From: Chloropicon primus
Lineage: Eukaryota
Direction of reading: 5' to 3'
Length of the DNA: 64,000 nucleotides
NCBI GenBank assembly: GCA_023205875.1
Contig: CP060766.1
Span: 434,001-498,000 of the forward strand
In this document: positions 51,831-62,837 of the stretch, piece by piece
Position numbering within the stretch: the first letter of the stretch is position 1
Layout: each line of letters begins with the position of its first letter
Made by a program: the position numbers and the translations under genes
Notes under the pieces: model-generated
What the model saw: only the letters and a program-made list of their open reading frames with translations
What the model was told of the DNA's origin: nothing
The model's database searches: none

Positions 51831-52923
51831 ATGACGTCCTCGGCCAAAGTGTCTGCCCTTGACAAGCTCAGGGCGGACAGCTCTTACCTCGAGGAGCTCA
51901 AGAGAAAGTCGGAGAAGGAGCGGATCAGGCGGAAGGCAGGAGCCAAGAAGCAGCGGTACGTACCGGACCCACTCGCTCTCTCGCTTTCTCTCCATCTCTC
52001 GTTTTGTTCTATACTGATGATGGTTTTGGCAGGGATGAGGCAGCACAGAAGCGGCTGGAGAAGGAGGAGGAGGCCAAGAAGGAGAAGGATCGGCTCATGG
52101 AGAGGCAGAGGCGGCAGGCAAAGGTAATGGAAGGTGCCACGCTCGTTGTGGTGGGCTCCCGCTTGCTTCTTTCTTCTTCCTTTCTCTTTCTCTCTCGAGA
52201 GAAAGAGGGACTGACTGACTGGGTTCTCTGCTTGTCTCTCAGGTCTCCGTGGACGTTACCATGAGCATGAAGAAGGTCATCGATCACCTCACGGAAGTGA
52301 AGAAGCTCGTGGCTCTGGACGCCGTCTTCAAGCAGCTGGGGTGCAAGGGAAGCAAGCTGAAACTTCTCGAGCACCTCAAGAAATCGGCGTATGTGGAGGT
52401 TCGCGACGAGACGAAGCCTGTCATGGTCAAGTACAAGTCCAAGTACGACATTCAGAACAAGGAAGAGCTCTTCGAGTTCATGTACAAGCTTTGGTCGAAG
52501 CCCGTGAACACGGAGGACGAGCACGGGGTGAGCCTTGACGACGTCGCCGACTCTTACTTGGGTTGTGACAAGGACATCGAGAAGCTTGTGTCCCAGGGGA
52601 AGTTCTACCAGGTGCTGAACACGAAGACGCAGAAAGCGCAGCTCTTTTATCCGGACAAGGGCGTGAGGGAGAAGTTTCTTGACACGCAGCTGGTGAACCT
52701 CTGGCACGAGAGGAAGGTGACCGATGCGGGGGCCTTGGAAAAATCTTTGAAGGACTCTGGTATTGCCCCCGCCACGAAGGCTTTCAAGTGGAGGGGCCTC
52801 CTGTCCAAGAAGGCGGGTGCGAAGAAAGGTCAGAAGAAGCCCAGGGAATACAGGCCAAGGAATGTCACCAACGTGCACATGCCGGAGCTCTTCACGCAGG
52901 ATCAGCCTAAGACATTTAACTAA
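51831..52923 (+). CDS. GTF2E2: Transcription initiation factor IIE beta subunit; exons 51831-51955, 52033-52123, 52243-52923
   Basis: YKSKYDIQNKEEL, DVADSYLGCDKDIEKL, LFYPD, LWH, TNVHMPELF; in-frame GT-AG introns. Confidence 0.85.
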
Positions 52924-53061
52924 GGGGAAAAAAAAAATTGGGGTTTTTGGTTTTCGTTTGTTTGCTTGCTGCGTGTCCCCCTCCCCCCCTCCCCCCCTCT
53001 CTGCTCTGTGTGCTGTGCTTCATAGTATGGTACATTACAATGGGAATGGCGAGCCTTTGCG

Positions 53062-54219
53062 CTAACCGCTTGGAGTGGCCTCCTCCTTGTCCTTTCGCAA
53101 CGATTTTGCCAGGTAGAGCTTTGCAAAATAGGAGTTGACCAAGGGTTTCTGCTCTTGCTTCTCATCCGGCAATCCGAGGGTCCCAGTCTTTCGCCTGGTG
53201 GACATGAACGTGTCCTCAAAAGAATTGATTTTCTTCGACCTCCGAGGGTCCTCCGTTCCCACGCACATCTCATGCTTCTCCGGCGTCCTTGGCACGCACG
53301 AGGCGCCTGGGAACCAGAGCCCGGTATCCTGCAAACACAGCCAAACAGAGCAAGAACACGAAACAATGGGGGTTAGAAGGAGGCGCACGACAGCGGCGGA
53401 TCAAATCCACCGGCGATCCTCGGCTTACCTCAGGCTCGTGCGGGTTGCTCAGGTCTTCTTCAAGAATAGGAATAGGCGAGGTTGAGATTTCGATGGAGTG
53501 GGTCTCCTTCTTGACTCTTGGCGGTGTGACTGACTTCTCCGCCACGTGGTTCTCTTTCTCGCTCTGGTCCTTGGCATCCGCAACCCTCTTGAAGGCCTTT
53601 GGTGCATGAGGCTTCATCCTTTCCTCTGCCTCCTTGGTCAGCTTGCCGTACTTGAACTGTCGAAGCTTTCCAGACTGCAAGAGGGAGAGAGAGAGAGAGG
53701 CAGGAAGGAAGGTTGAGTCAGGATGCGTCAAACGACAAATGATCCAGTGTGAAGGTCATATCTCTTATCCTCTCATCAAGTGGAGTTGCGTCACGCCAAA
53801 CGGCCTTACCCTTCCTCCCTGCCAGATGAACTTGGTTGCCTTGGAAGTGAGTCTGGAGTCCATTTGGTCGTTGTCCACTTGTCTGACAGTTCGCAGCTCC
53901 GCGAGCTTCTTCTCCAGCAGGATCGTTTCATTCTCCAGGAACCTCGAACGCCCGCTCGACGAGAAACTGAAAACAAAAGGAAAGGAACGAAGACTTGTTG
54001 TTCAGAACGAGCGTATCAAAGAAACGCAGTCAAGCAGCAGAGAGAGGTCGGTCGGTTCGAAGTGTGTTGTGGAACAGCACTCAAGGGAAGGGAAAGAATG
54101 GATGAACAAACGAACGAATAAACGAAGGAAAGCTTCCCCCATCATCATCGCCATTGTTCTGGCACAGACACCGTGTCCGTTTCTTACCGTCTCCTTGTGC
54201 TCCCCCCGAAGTCTGCCAT
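53062..54219 (-). CDS. Hypothetical 4-exon protein, N-terminus reminiscent of ZBBX; exons 54219-54188, 53966-53810, 53674-53429, 53328-53062
   Basis: Three GTAAG donors and YAG acceptors give a continuous frame: FLENETILLEKKLAELRTVR...FIWQGGRSGKL. Confidence 0.7.
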
Positions 54220-54220
54220 A

Positions 54221-54593
54221 CTGGTTCACTTGTCCTTCTGTTCCTTTTCTCCCACAACTGTTGAACTATTGAAACGAAACGAAAGAACGAAGGAGCCAAG
54301 TTCTGACTCGACAATGTAAAGGAGCAGTGATGTCCTCCCCAAAGGACAACGCCACACACGACCTCCTCTTCCTCTCTTCCTCTCTTCCTCTTCCTCCTGG
54401 TTCACCTTGTCCTTCTGTTCCTTTTCTCCCACAACTGTTGAACTATTGAAACGAAACGAAAGAACGAAGGAGCCAAGTTCTGACTCGACAATGTAAAGGA
54501 GCAGTGATGTCCTCCCCAAAGGACAACGCCACACACGACCTCCTCTTCCTCTCTTCCTCTTCCTCTTCCTCCTGGTTCACCTTGTCCTTCTGT
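54221..54593. repeat. Tandem repeat, ~2.1 copies of a 175-176 bp unit
   Basis: ctggttcac..tgtccttctg starts at 54221, 54397 and 54572. Confidence 0.95.
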
Positions 54594-54697
54594 TTCTGTT
54601 CCATTTTTTCGTAAATCAACGGCCTCCGACAATATTCCGTATGGAAATGTCTCATCGATCTCCCGCCAAAAAAACACAAAAAAAACGGACACAGCGA

Positions 54698-55015
54698 GGG
54701 ACAGACAGACGAAGCGGGCAGCGGGCGAGGGAAGGAAGGACGATTCCCATTCCCATTCCCATTCCCAATCCCATTGCATTGCATGGCATCGGAAGGGTTA
54801 GGCATTGGCCTGGTTGTTGCTTTCCGTTTCGCATCATCGTCGTTTTTTTTGCTTCTTTGTCTTCCGTACCCCTAGGAAGAGACAGACAAAGGTTGAGGAA
54901 GGAAGGACGATTCCATTCCCATTCCCATTCCCATTCCATTGCATGGCATGGCTTCGGAAGGGTTAGGCATAAGTCTTCAGTTTGGTTTTTTTTCTTCCCT
55001 CGCATCATCGTGTTT
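54698..55015. repeat. Diverged direct duplication, period ~167 bp, containing (ATTCCC)n
   Basis: gaaggaaggacgattc...cattgcat...cggaagggttaggcat at 54731 and 54898. Confidence 0.85.
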
Positions 55016-55047
55016 GCTCTGTACTTGGAAGTGGCAGGAGTAGGAAG

Positions 55048-56898
55048 ATGAAGATGAAGCAGGCGACGTTGCTTTCGTTCTTCAAACGGTCAGGCGAGGG
55101 TGCTGCCGTGGTGCGCAAGGCCTTTGATGCCATGTACGATGACGCCTGCACGAACAAACCTGGCGGTGAGAATGGACGGCACCTCGAGGTTGTTGAACCC
55201 GCAGGGGGGCACTTGAGGAAGGAAGCTTCGCAGACGGAGGAGCAGCGCGGGACCAGGAAGCCCCTGCAAGCAGTGGCGTCGAAACCTGTGGCGTCTGTTG
55301 CTGGTAACGGTCTCGAAGGCGGGGAAGAGGAGTCGATACCGACGGAGGAGGAGTCTGGCTTGGGCAAGGAAAATGGTTCCGGTGCGCGGAAGGTGGGGGG
55401 GGGCGAGAAGAGCGAGTACGAGCAACTTCGGTCCGAGCGGATGGCGAAGAACAGGGAGGCCCTGTTGAGACTCGTGGGGAGCAAGAGCTGCTCGAGTCTG
55501 GTTGGAGAAAAGCCAGAGGTGAGGGCGAAGAAGCCAAAGAGGACGCCAGTGGCGAGGCCTAAGGGGAATCAAGAGTCGGTTCGAAGGAGCAGGCGAGTTG
55601 CCCGCCAGGGGCCGGAGGATGGGCAGGGGGCTCACCAGGCCGCGGGAGAATCAAGTGTCGCGGTCCCGGAAAGCGCGTTCGAGGAGACGCTGGACTTTGC
55701 GCCCACGGCCGTGGCGGACTACAGCTGTGCTAGCGCGTCGGACGATGCCGGTGGTCTGGGATTCGATTCAAGCGCAGGCGGCGGCCGCGCGTCAAGGCTG
55801 CAGGTTCTCTCGTCTTCTCGCGCAACCACGAGCTTTCGCAGGGTCTACTCGATGGACTTCGACGGGAGAGGAGCTTTGGCAGTGGCCGGGGAGAAAGGTC
55901 TCGCTAGCGTGCTTGGGCTGGAGTACAGCGAGGACGGAAAGCCATCTTTGAGAACCCTGCTGGATTGCAAGCTGTCTCGGAGTTGGATTGCCTCGGTCCA
56001 ATTCGTCGGGAAAGGGGGGGACCGGTTGCTCTCGGCGTCCAACGACGGGGAGATCAACTTGTGGAACTTGGGCTTGAGTGCCTGGGACAGCAAGATGAGC
56101 GCGTGCGTGCCCTCAAACGTTTGCTCTCACCAGGCTCACAGCAAAGGAATTTTCAGCATGGACGCGGCGGCTGGCAAGATTCTTACCGGTTCCAAGGACA
56201 GCAGCGTCGGCTTGTCGGTCCTGTCCACGGACTCGATCAGGACGATCAGCTACTTTGACGACCTGCACTCAAGCGTCGTGAAGAGTGTCGCGTTTCGAGG
56301 CGGCCGCGAGAACGAGTTCGCTAGTGCGGGCAACGACCGCGTGATCCGCCTGTGCGATCTGCGGTCCACTCCGAGCGCGAGCTCCGGCAGCATCGAGGAT
56401 GCCCACAACAGTGCGATCAACACCCTGCAATTTTCTCCCGACGGGATGCTGCTCCTGTCGTCCTCGTTCGACCCTCAGATCAAAGTCTGGGACGTCAGGA
56501 AAATGTAAGTCTGCTCACCCTCTCCCCTCTTCGTCTCAAATGCCTGAAGACTGACCGTCACTCTGTGTGTTTCTTCTTCGGTCTCCGTCTCCCCTCGTGT
56601 CTCTCGCTTCTTCAGCACCTCGGTGCCTCTTTTTGAGTTGCAGGGCCACCTCCCCACGAGGTCAAAGTCGATACAGAGTCCCGTGTTTACCGCCGGTGGG
56701 ACTCGCGTCGTGGCGACGGGAGAGAAGACTGATTTGCTTACGTTGTACGACTGCACGACCACTGGGAAGTTGGTGAGCCACGGGGCAATGGACTTCATGC
56801 CCTCCAAGCTGCACAGCGTCCAGACTGCCGACAAGCAGTTCCTGGTTGCTGCCGGGCAAGGTGACTTGGCTCTCCTGAGACCAAGCCAACCACCTTAA
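55048..56898 (+). CDS. WD40-repeat protein, WDR76/Cmr1-like, with N-terminal PIP-box; exons 55048-56504, 56616-56898
   Basis: KQATLLSFF; SEYEQLRSERMAKNREALLRL; WD repeats ending LWN, LCDLR, VWDVR. Confidence 0.85.
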
Positions 56899-57111
56899 AA
56901 CAAAAAGTCTTGGGAGTTTTGCTGATGGGACCTTGTTTCCGGTAATGATGTGTGCAAGATATCCACAACCGAGGCATCCCAAAGCACTCGTCTTGGCTTG
57001 TGTAACTCCATTATGATTTGTGACATGAAGAAAAGGACTTCAGGACTTCGTTGACTCAGTCTTCTGAACGTTAGCGTTGTTGTTTCACATGACAAGACAA
57101 AGACTTGGTCT

Positions 57112-57295
57112 CCTCTCCCCTCCCTCTCTCTCTGTTTCTTCTCTTCTGGTGGATTTCTCCCTTCCGCTGAACCATCATAACGGCCGAGCACGAGGGCGAA
57201 CGAGGACGAGACGAGACAGAGAGAGAGAAACGCGGGAGCGCGTGGAGGAGGAAGAGGGAGAGAGAGAGGGGCGGAGGACAGGAAAGAAGGAAGCG
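57112..57295 (-). repeat. Dispersed repeat copy B (inverted relative to 34394-34550)
   Basis: 97-bp exact core plus a 22-bp block (57274-57295) with one mismatch. Confidence 0.93.
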
Positions 57296-57441
57296 TCGTC
57301 TCTTGCTCATTCGAAAAGCTCTCGCGCGAAAGAAACGACCCAGTGGCGGGGATTTGAGGACACGAAAGGTTCTCAGAGGGAGAAGGGGACGAGGAGGGTG
57401 GGCAGAGGGACAGAAGGGAGGGAGCAAGGAGGAAGCGGACC

Positions 57442-58155
57442 ATGCCGCAGTACCAGATGCTCCCTCCGAGTCCCGGGGGAACGGACGGCGACGAGTCAAG
57501 CCCACCGAGGACGGGAAAGGGAGTTCCCATCATGAAACTGTTGCTGATCGGTGACGCTTTTTCAGGCAAGTCCTGCTTACTGCGGCGATGGCACGGCGAC
57601 GAGTACCACGACGAGGCCTACGAGCCGACCCTGGGGTTGGACTTCAAGGTGAAGAATGTTCAGGTCCGGAAGCAGTGGTCGCGCCTGCAGGTTTGGGATA
57701 CCTCTGGACAGGACAGCTTCAGGGCGATAACCAAGTCCTACTATAGGGGCGCGCACGGCTTGATCGTCGCGTATGCGATTGGTGACAGGCGCTCGTTTGA
57801 TAGCGCCTCCCAGTGGATCGAGGAGTTCACAGCACTCGCGGAGGACGGAACGCCCATTCTGCTCTTGGGCATGAAGTGCGACTTGGAGGGGCAGAGGGAA
57901 GTGGCGGCCAGCGAAGGCGAGGAGCTCGGCCGGCGCTATGGCTGCGGCTTCAAGGAGGTGAGCGCAAAGACAGGGCTCAATGTGAGCGATGCCTTTGTAG
58001 ACCTGGCTTCAAGAATGCTTCAAGTCCACAAGGAGAGGTCGGAGACGCACAGAAGAAGGAGTAGGAGCATGAGGAGCGAGGCGAGCAGCGTTCCGGATTT
58101 TGATCTGCTCCTTCCTCGACAGAAGAAGAGTTTGAGTTGCTGTGCAATCATGTAG
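57442..58155 (+). CDS. Rab-family small GTPase (divergent, Rab8/RabE-like)
   Basis: KLLLIGDAFSGKS, PTLGLDF, LQVWDTSGQ, ITKSYYRGAHG, GMKCD, EVSAK, C-terminal CCAIM. Confidence 0.93.
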   Translation: MPQYQMLPPSPGGTDGDESSPPRTGKGVPIMKLLLIGDAFSGKSCLLRRWHGDEYHDEAYEPTLGLDFKVKNVQVRKQWSRLQVWDTSGQDSFRAITKSYYRGAHGLIVAYAIGDRRSFDSASQWIEEFTALAEDGTPILLLGMKCDLEGQREVAASEGEELGRRYGCGFKEVSAKTGLNVSDAFVDLASRMLQVHKERSETHRRRSRSMRSEASSVPDFDLLLPRQKKSLSCCAIM

Positions 58156-58225
58156 TGCGCCAGGAAGAGGGCGGCGAGGCGATTCATTCGGGTGTTTGCG
58201 CGCTGGCCCCACCATCGCATTACAG

Positions 58226-60205
58226 TTATAATACTTGCTCGAACAAGAAGATGCTGTTGCCATCTAATCTCGGCGAAGCCGCCACTGCCCTTACCCGGAG
58301 CTTCTCCCCGGGAACTATGGGGTTGTTGATTCTCAGGACTTGCTTCACTCCAACTTCATCGATCTGTACGAATCCCATGCCTTCCGCGACATCCTTCCAG
58401 GACAAGAAGGTGGCGTCCCACACCCGGTCCATGTGTTGGCTGAAGTACGTCGCGGTCCAGTACTCATCGCACTGCTGGGCCACCTCCTTCATGTCCCTCT
58501 CAACGAAGTATGCGGTCTCGGCCATCTCAGCAAATTCGTCGGCCGTGAAAAGTGCCCCCTCTCCCCTCAACACGCTCTTCATCTGCAGATGCACTAGAAC
58601 GTCATTAAACCGGCGGATCGGGGAGGAGAGCTGCGTGTAGTAAGGAAGCCCGAGACTTGCGTGGGGTTTCGGCTGCCTGCAGTCCAGCACCGCCCTCGTG
58701 AACGACTTTGCCATGTTGGCAGTCCGCGCGAACTTGTCCTCAATCGCGTTGACCTCGCCGGCGTCTGGTATGACGGGCTTGTAGTGGATCCTGTACGGTA
58801 GGGGAACCCCGTTATCCTTGCCCCACTTGGCCCCCACCTCCCCAGCGAGAATCATCATCTCGCTCACGATGCTCTGGCCGCTTTGCGTGTACTCTACAGT
58901 CTGCTGCTGGGCATCATTTCTCTCTATTCTTACATCCGCGCCGTCGCCGCTTGCAAGGTCAACTTTGATATTTGGGCTGTAACTCGCGAAAGTCTCGGAG
59001 CCGTTCGCCTTTCGGTACGTCCACCTCGCCTTCGCAGCCCTCGCCAGATAGAACAAGTCCGGGTCCGCCTCCTCAGAGCTCTTGCTCAGCATCTGATCCG
59101 TCTTCACGTACGTCAGTCTCTCGTCCACCAACACCGTACTTGGCGCGACGACATAGTCTTCTATCTCACCCGTCTCCATGTCCAGCTCAACGCCCAGGGA
59201 GAACGCACAATTGGGAACCCCCTCCACCAAGCTGAAGGTCTGCGTCGCGATGTTGTACGGCACCATGGGAATCACCCCCGTCGGCACATAAATGCTTGTC
59301 GCCCTCCTCTTTGCCTCCTTAAATATACAGTCTTCCATCGAAAGCCAGCGCGTCGGGTCTGCGATGTGGATCCAGATCCTTTTCCTCCCGCTGTCCTCAC
59401 CAAGAGCTTCGACGCTCAGCCCGTCGTCGATCTCCGTCGTAGAGATATCGTCAATCGTCACCGTCCTGAGGTGAGTCAAGTCTCGCCTGGCTTTCCGGTC
59501 GGGGTCAGGGGGAGGGGAGTTCATGTACCTCTCCGCGAGGCCAACCACATCGTCGTCGAACGAATCCCTACCAAGCATCTCCAGGCTCACCAGGGTGTGA
59601 GGCTTCCACGCCCCGATGGCCACCAGCACCCTGACCGCGCCGTCCAAAGTTCGGTTCTGTCCCACCAGGCCAAGAATTCTTTGCGCGTCCTGAGACACTT
59701 TCCCGATACTAAAGTCGGTGCTCCTCCGCTTCGAGGTCGCGGCATACGACCCCCTCACGTACGTCAGCAGCGTTTCGATCGATTGGGCGTACTCGCTCTG
59801 CCTCCACTCCTCCACACTCCGCTGTTCCTCCTCGCCGTCCAGTATCTTGTTCACGAGTCTGCAAAACCTGTAAGCATCCCGGATCGAGAAACCCTTGACG
59901 CTTGCCGCCGCCGCCGCAGATGAAGGAGATGACGATGATGATGATGAAGTGACAAGACTCTTCCCGCAGACAATCGATGTCGCTCTTCCCTTCCATGACG
60001 ACGATGAAGATGATGCTGCCGTCGAATGCGTCCCACGATGAAAGGGCCAAGGCAAAGCCTCCTTCCTCTTCTCACCGCCAAGAGGGAGGAGGAGGAGGTC
60101 GTTCGATCCAGAAGACAAGCATCGCGTCGATCCAAGACTCCATCGCACCGAAGCGTCTTTCGATGCCTGCGCCAAAACATGGCGCCACTGCCATGCCCTC
60201 CTCAT
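58226..60205 (-). CDS. RNase II / RNB-family exoribonuclease, organellar
   Basis: TIDDISTTEIDDGLS, WIHIADP, RATSIY.P...PM, VSEMMILAG, PHASLGLPYYTQLSSPIRRFNDV; long presequence. Confidence 0.94.
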   Translation of the reverse strand: MRRAWQWRHVLAQASKDASVRWSLGSTRCLSSGSNDLLLLPLGGEKRKEALPWPFHRGTHSTAASSSSSSWKGRATSIVCGKSLVTSSSSSSSPSSAAAAASVKGFSIRDAYRFCRLVNKILDGEEEQRSVEEWRQSEYAQSIETLLTYVRGSYAATSKRRSTDFSIGKVSQDAQRILGLVGQNRTLDGAVRVLVAIGAWKPHTLVSLEMLGRDSFDDDVVGLAERYMNSPPPDPDRKARRDLTHLRTVTIDDISTTEIDDGLSVEALGEDSGRKRIWIHIADPTRWLSMEDCIFKEAKRRATSIYVPTGVIPMVPYNIATQTFSLVEGVPNCAFSLGVELDMETGEIEDYVVAPSTVLVDERLTYVKTDQMLSKSSEEADPDLFYLARAAKARWTYRKANGSETFASYSPNIKVDLASGDGADVRIERNDAQQQTVEYTQSGQSIVSEMMILAGEVGAKWGKDNGVPLPYRIHYKPVIPDAGEVNAIEDKFARTANMAKSFTRAVLDCRQPKPHASLGLPYYTQLSSPIRRFNDVLVHLQMKSVLRGEGALFTADEFAEMAETAYFVERDMKEVAQQCDEYWTATYFSQHMDRVWDATFLSWKDVAEGMGFVQIDEVGVKQVLRINNPIVPGEKLRVRAVAASPRLDGNSIFLFEQVL

Positions 60206-61176
60206 GATGCCGAGCTTCAATCAATGCCGTCGTTGTCTTCGTCTTCGTCTTCGTCGTCACGGCGTCATTCGTTTCATGTGAGGGCTCGTCGGAAAGAGAA
60301 AGCGATGTCGATTTCAGTGGTCGCGCTTCCTTTGGGCTTCCGTCGCGTCCTCGTCCTCACACGGTCCACGAAAGAGCGCCGGCTCGCTAGGTCACTCTGC
60401 AGCGATCTGCAGCGGCAGCGAAGGATTCTGTCGAGAGCGAGGCGAGCGACGAGGGAGAGAGGTGGTGGCGCTGACGCCGCTTGTATTGGGCGCGGGAGGT
60501 GACGGCAGGGAGGGAGAGGGTGTGACGCTGAAGTGTCTCGTCGAGATCTTTCCATCGGTACCTTGGTCGAGGATTTTGGCGAGAGGTAGAGACAGAGAGA
60601 GAGGCAGAGAGGAGGAGGAGGAGGAGGGAATCCAATGCCGAGTCGACCGACGCTTGTGCTTGGTGTCGCCATCGTGAGTGTTGGCATCGGCATCGCAATT
60701 GTCCACAACATGCAGACGGAGGAGAGGAGGAGACTCCATCAGGTACGACGTCTGTCTCACTTTGTCTTTGCGTGAGCAACAAGCTTGAGAGGTGGATGAA
60801 ATGATGAAACGACCATGCATGCTGCAGTCGTCGGGATGTCCTCCGTCCCCGTGAAGGGTCCACTCCACGCTGACGCTTTCATCGTCTTCGCCGTTCGCTG
60901 ATTCGCTCCCTCTTTCGTTCATCGCCAGGGCGTGATACGGGACAAGGCCGTCCTGGCGGAGAAGGAGAGGGCGAGGGCCCAGGGGAAAGGAGGGTGAGGG
61001 CAGAGGAAGCACCGCTCTCTCACTTGTTGCTGCAGGTCGGGTTGTACCAAAATTGATGCCTTCTTTACCAAAAAAAGAGCATGCGCCATTATTTACAGGG
61101 ACGAGCCACGGCTCGTCCACCATTTTTTGTGTTCTACTTCCTAAAGGTGGTTTGATCGTGTGTCTTGAGTATTCAT

Positions 61177-62136
61177 TCACTCTTTGCTCTTGTTGTTCTC
61201 CTCTTGAGGAGATCCTTCCTTGTCCTCCTCCTCCTCCTTAGTAGCCGCCTCGTCCTTCTTCAGCCGCTTGGAGTCTCCCTGGGCGAACGAGTGGAGCTCC
61301 TGCTGCAGCCTCTTGTTCTGCGACGTCAGAGTCTCGCACTTTTGCTTCATCTGCTCGAGCTCCGTCTGGAGCTCCACGTTCTCCTCGGAAAGCTTGTTGA
61401 CCCGGACGCTGAGCTCCTCGCACTCCGCTTGCTTCCTGAGCCTCGACCGCCTCGCAGACTCCCTATTGCTCTGCTTCCTCCTCTGCTTCTTCAGCTCCCT
61501 CTCGTCCTGGCAGTCCTGCAGGCCGTTCTCCTCGTCCTTCGGGACGCCATGGAGGCTCTGGATGTTCTGGGCGACCTTGAAGTCCTGCACCGTGCCCAGG
61601 CCCGTCATCGCCGCCTGGACGGAGGCCGCGGCAAGCTTGTCGTGGTCCATCACCCCCGGGTTCCCCCCCTTGTCCTTGGCCCCGTTCGGGGCCAGCTTCT
61701 GCACCTGCTGCAGGGCCTGGGCCTGGGCCTGAGCGGCGGCGTTCAGGAAGGACGCGTCCGCGGCCCCGTTGGCCGCGGCGGCCATCTGCAGGGCCATCTG
61801 AGGGAGGGCTCCCTGGGCCTGGCCGTTCTGGGCGGTGGTCCCCCACATGTTCTGCGCCGCGGCGAACGCCTGGGGGTTCGTCATCGCCATCATCGTCGCG
61901 TTCCCTGCCGCGGCGAACGGGTTCCCCTGGGGCAGCCCCGTCGCGGCCCCGGAGTGGCTCTTGTAAAGCTGCGTCAGGGCGGCCTGCCACTGGTTCACGT
62001 AGTCGTTCGGGATCGTCGCGGTGGCGGTCGTGGCGGTCGTCGTCGAGATCCCCGCCGCAGTCGTCGTCGCGGTTGTCGCCGACGGGTTGCTGTTCAGGGC
62101 CGCGGCAGCCGCCGTGTTGCTCGGCTTCGGCGTCAT
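61177..62136 (-). CDS. bZIP transcription factor, G-box-binding-factor-like
   Basis: [34 protein letters not shown] followed by a leucine zipper; Gln/Ala-rich N-terminus. Confidence 0.93.
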   Translation of the reverse strand: MTPKPSNTAAAAALNSNPSATTATTTAAGISTTTATTATATIPNDYVNQWQAALTQLYKSHSGAATGLPQGNPFAAAGNATMMAMTNPQAFAAAQNMWGTTAQNGQAQGALPQMALQMAAAANGAADASFLNAAAQAQAQALQQVQKLAPNGAKDKGGNPGVMDHDKLAAASVQAAMTGLGTVQDFKVAQNIQSLHGVPKDEENGLQDCQDERELKKQRRKQSNRESARRSRLRKQAECEELSVRVNKLSEENVELQTELEQMKQKCETLTSQNKRLQQELHSFAQGDSKRLKKDEAATKEEEEDKEGSPQEENNKSKE

Positions 62137-62346
62137 GATGCTTCGGGTCGCTGTTGTCGTCCAAGTTCTCGTCGTCTGTTTCTGCTTGGGTTCCTGCTTA
62201 TGCAAAAAGAGCCCAAGACGACGCTGATGTTGGCTCTGCTTGCAATTCAAATCGCCCGGTGCCGGTGCCGATGCTGCTGGGATGGCAAGAGAGTGTCACC
62301 AAGCAGTCAGATGAAGCCGCGTCGCTTGCTGAGAGTTTGCAATGCG

Positions 62347-62465
62347 TCCTCCTCGTCCTCCTCGTCCTCCTCGTCCTCCTCGTCCTCCTCGTCCTCCTCG
62401 TCCTCCTCGTTGTCGTCGTCGTCGTCGTTGATGTGGAATGAAGTGAAGTGAAGTGAAGTGAAGTG
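62347..62465. repeat. (TCCTCCTCG)n, (TCG)n and (GAAGT)n simple repeats
   Basis: Direct reading. Confidence 0.9.
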
Positions 62466-62802
62466 GGTCTACCACATTCCCCTTCAACCCGGCCGCTATT
62501 TTTTCTTCTTCGTCCAAAGCGCTTCCCAAGCGAGCAAAACGCGCGTGCGGAGCAGGCGCAAGCCCCCGTCCCTCGTCACCCCTCGCCTTCCCTTCCCGTC
62601 GCCTTCGTCGCGGCGCGACCCTTCGCCCTCGTCCTCGTCCTCGTCCTACCTTCTTGGAAGTCGGAAGTCTTTGACGTTTGCGTTGGGTTGGGCCTCGTCA
62701 CAGCAAGCGGCGCGCGCGCAAACCTCTCGACTCTGCCGTCGAAGAAGAACAACGAAAGACCTTTCGGCTTCACACACCAGCCGCGCGTTCGTGTTCTTGT
62801 TC

Positions 62803-62837
<35 letters not shown>

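Noticed and set aside
54740..54940. (ATTCCC)n as an interstitial telomere repeat
   Set aside because: Does not match TTAGGG/TTTAGGG-type repeats and has only a few copies.
60392..61180. 262-aa minus-strand ORF between RNase II and bZIP
   Set aside because: Non-ATG start, low complexity, runs through microsatellites and has no motif; a short real CDS from ATG ~60922 cannot be excluded.
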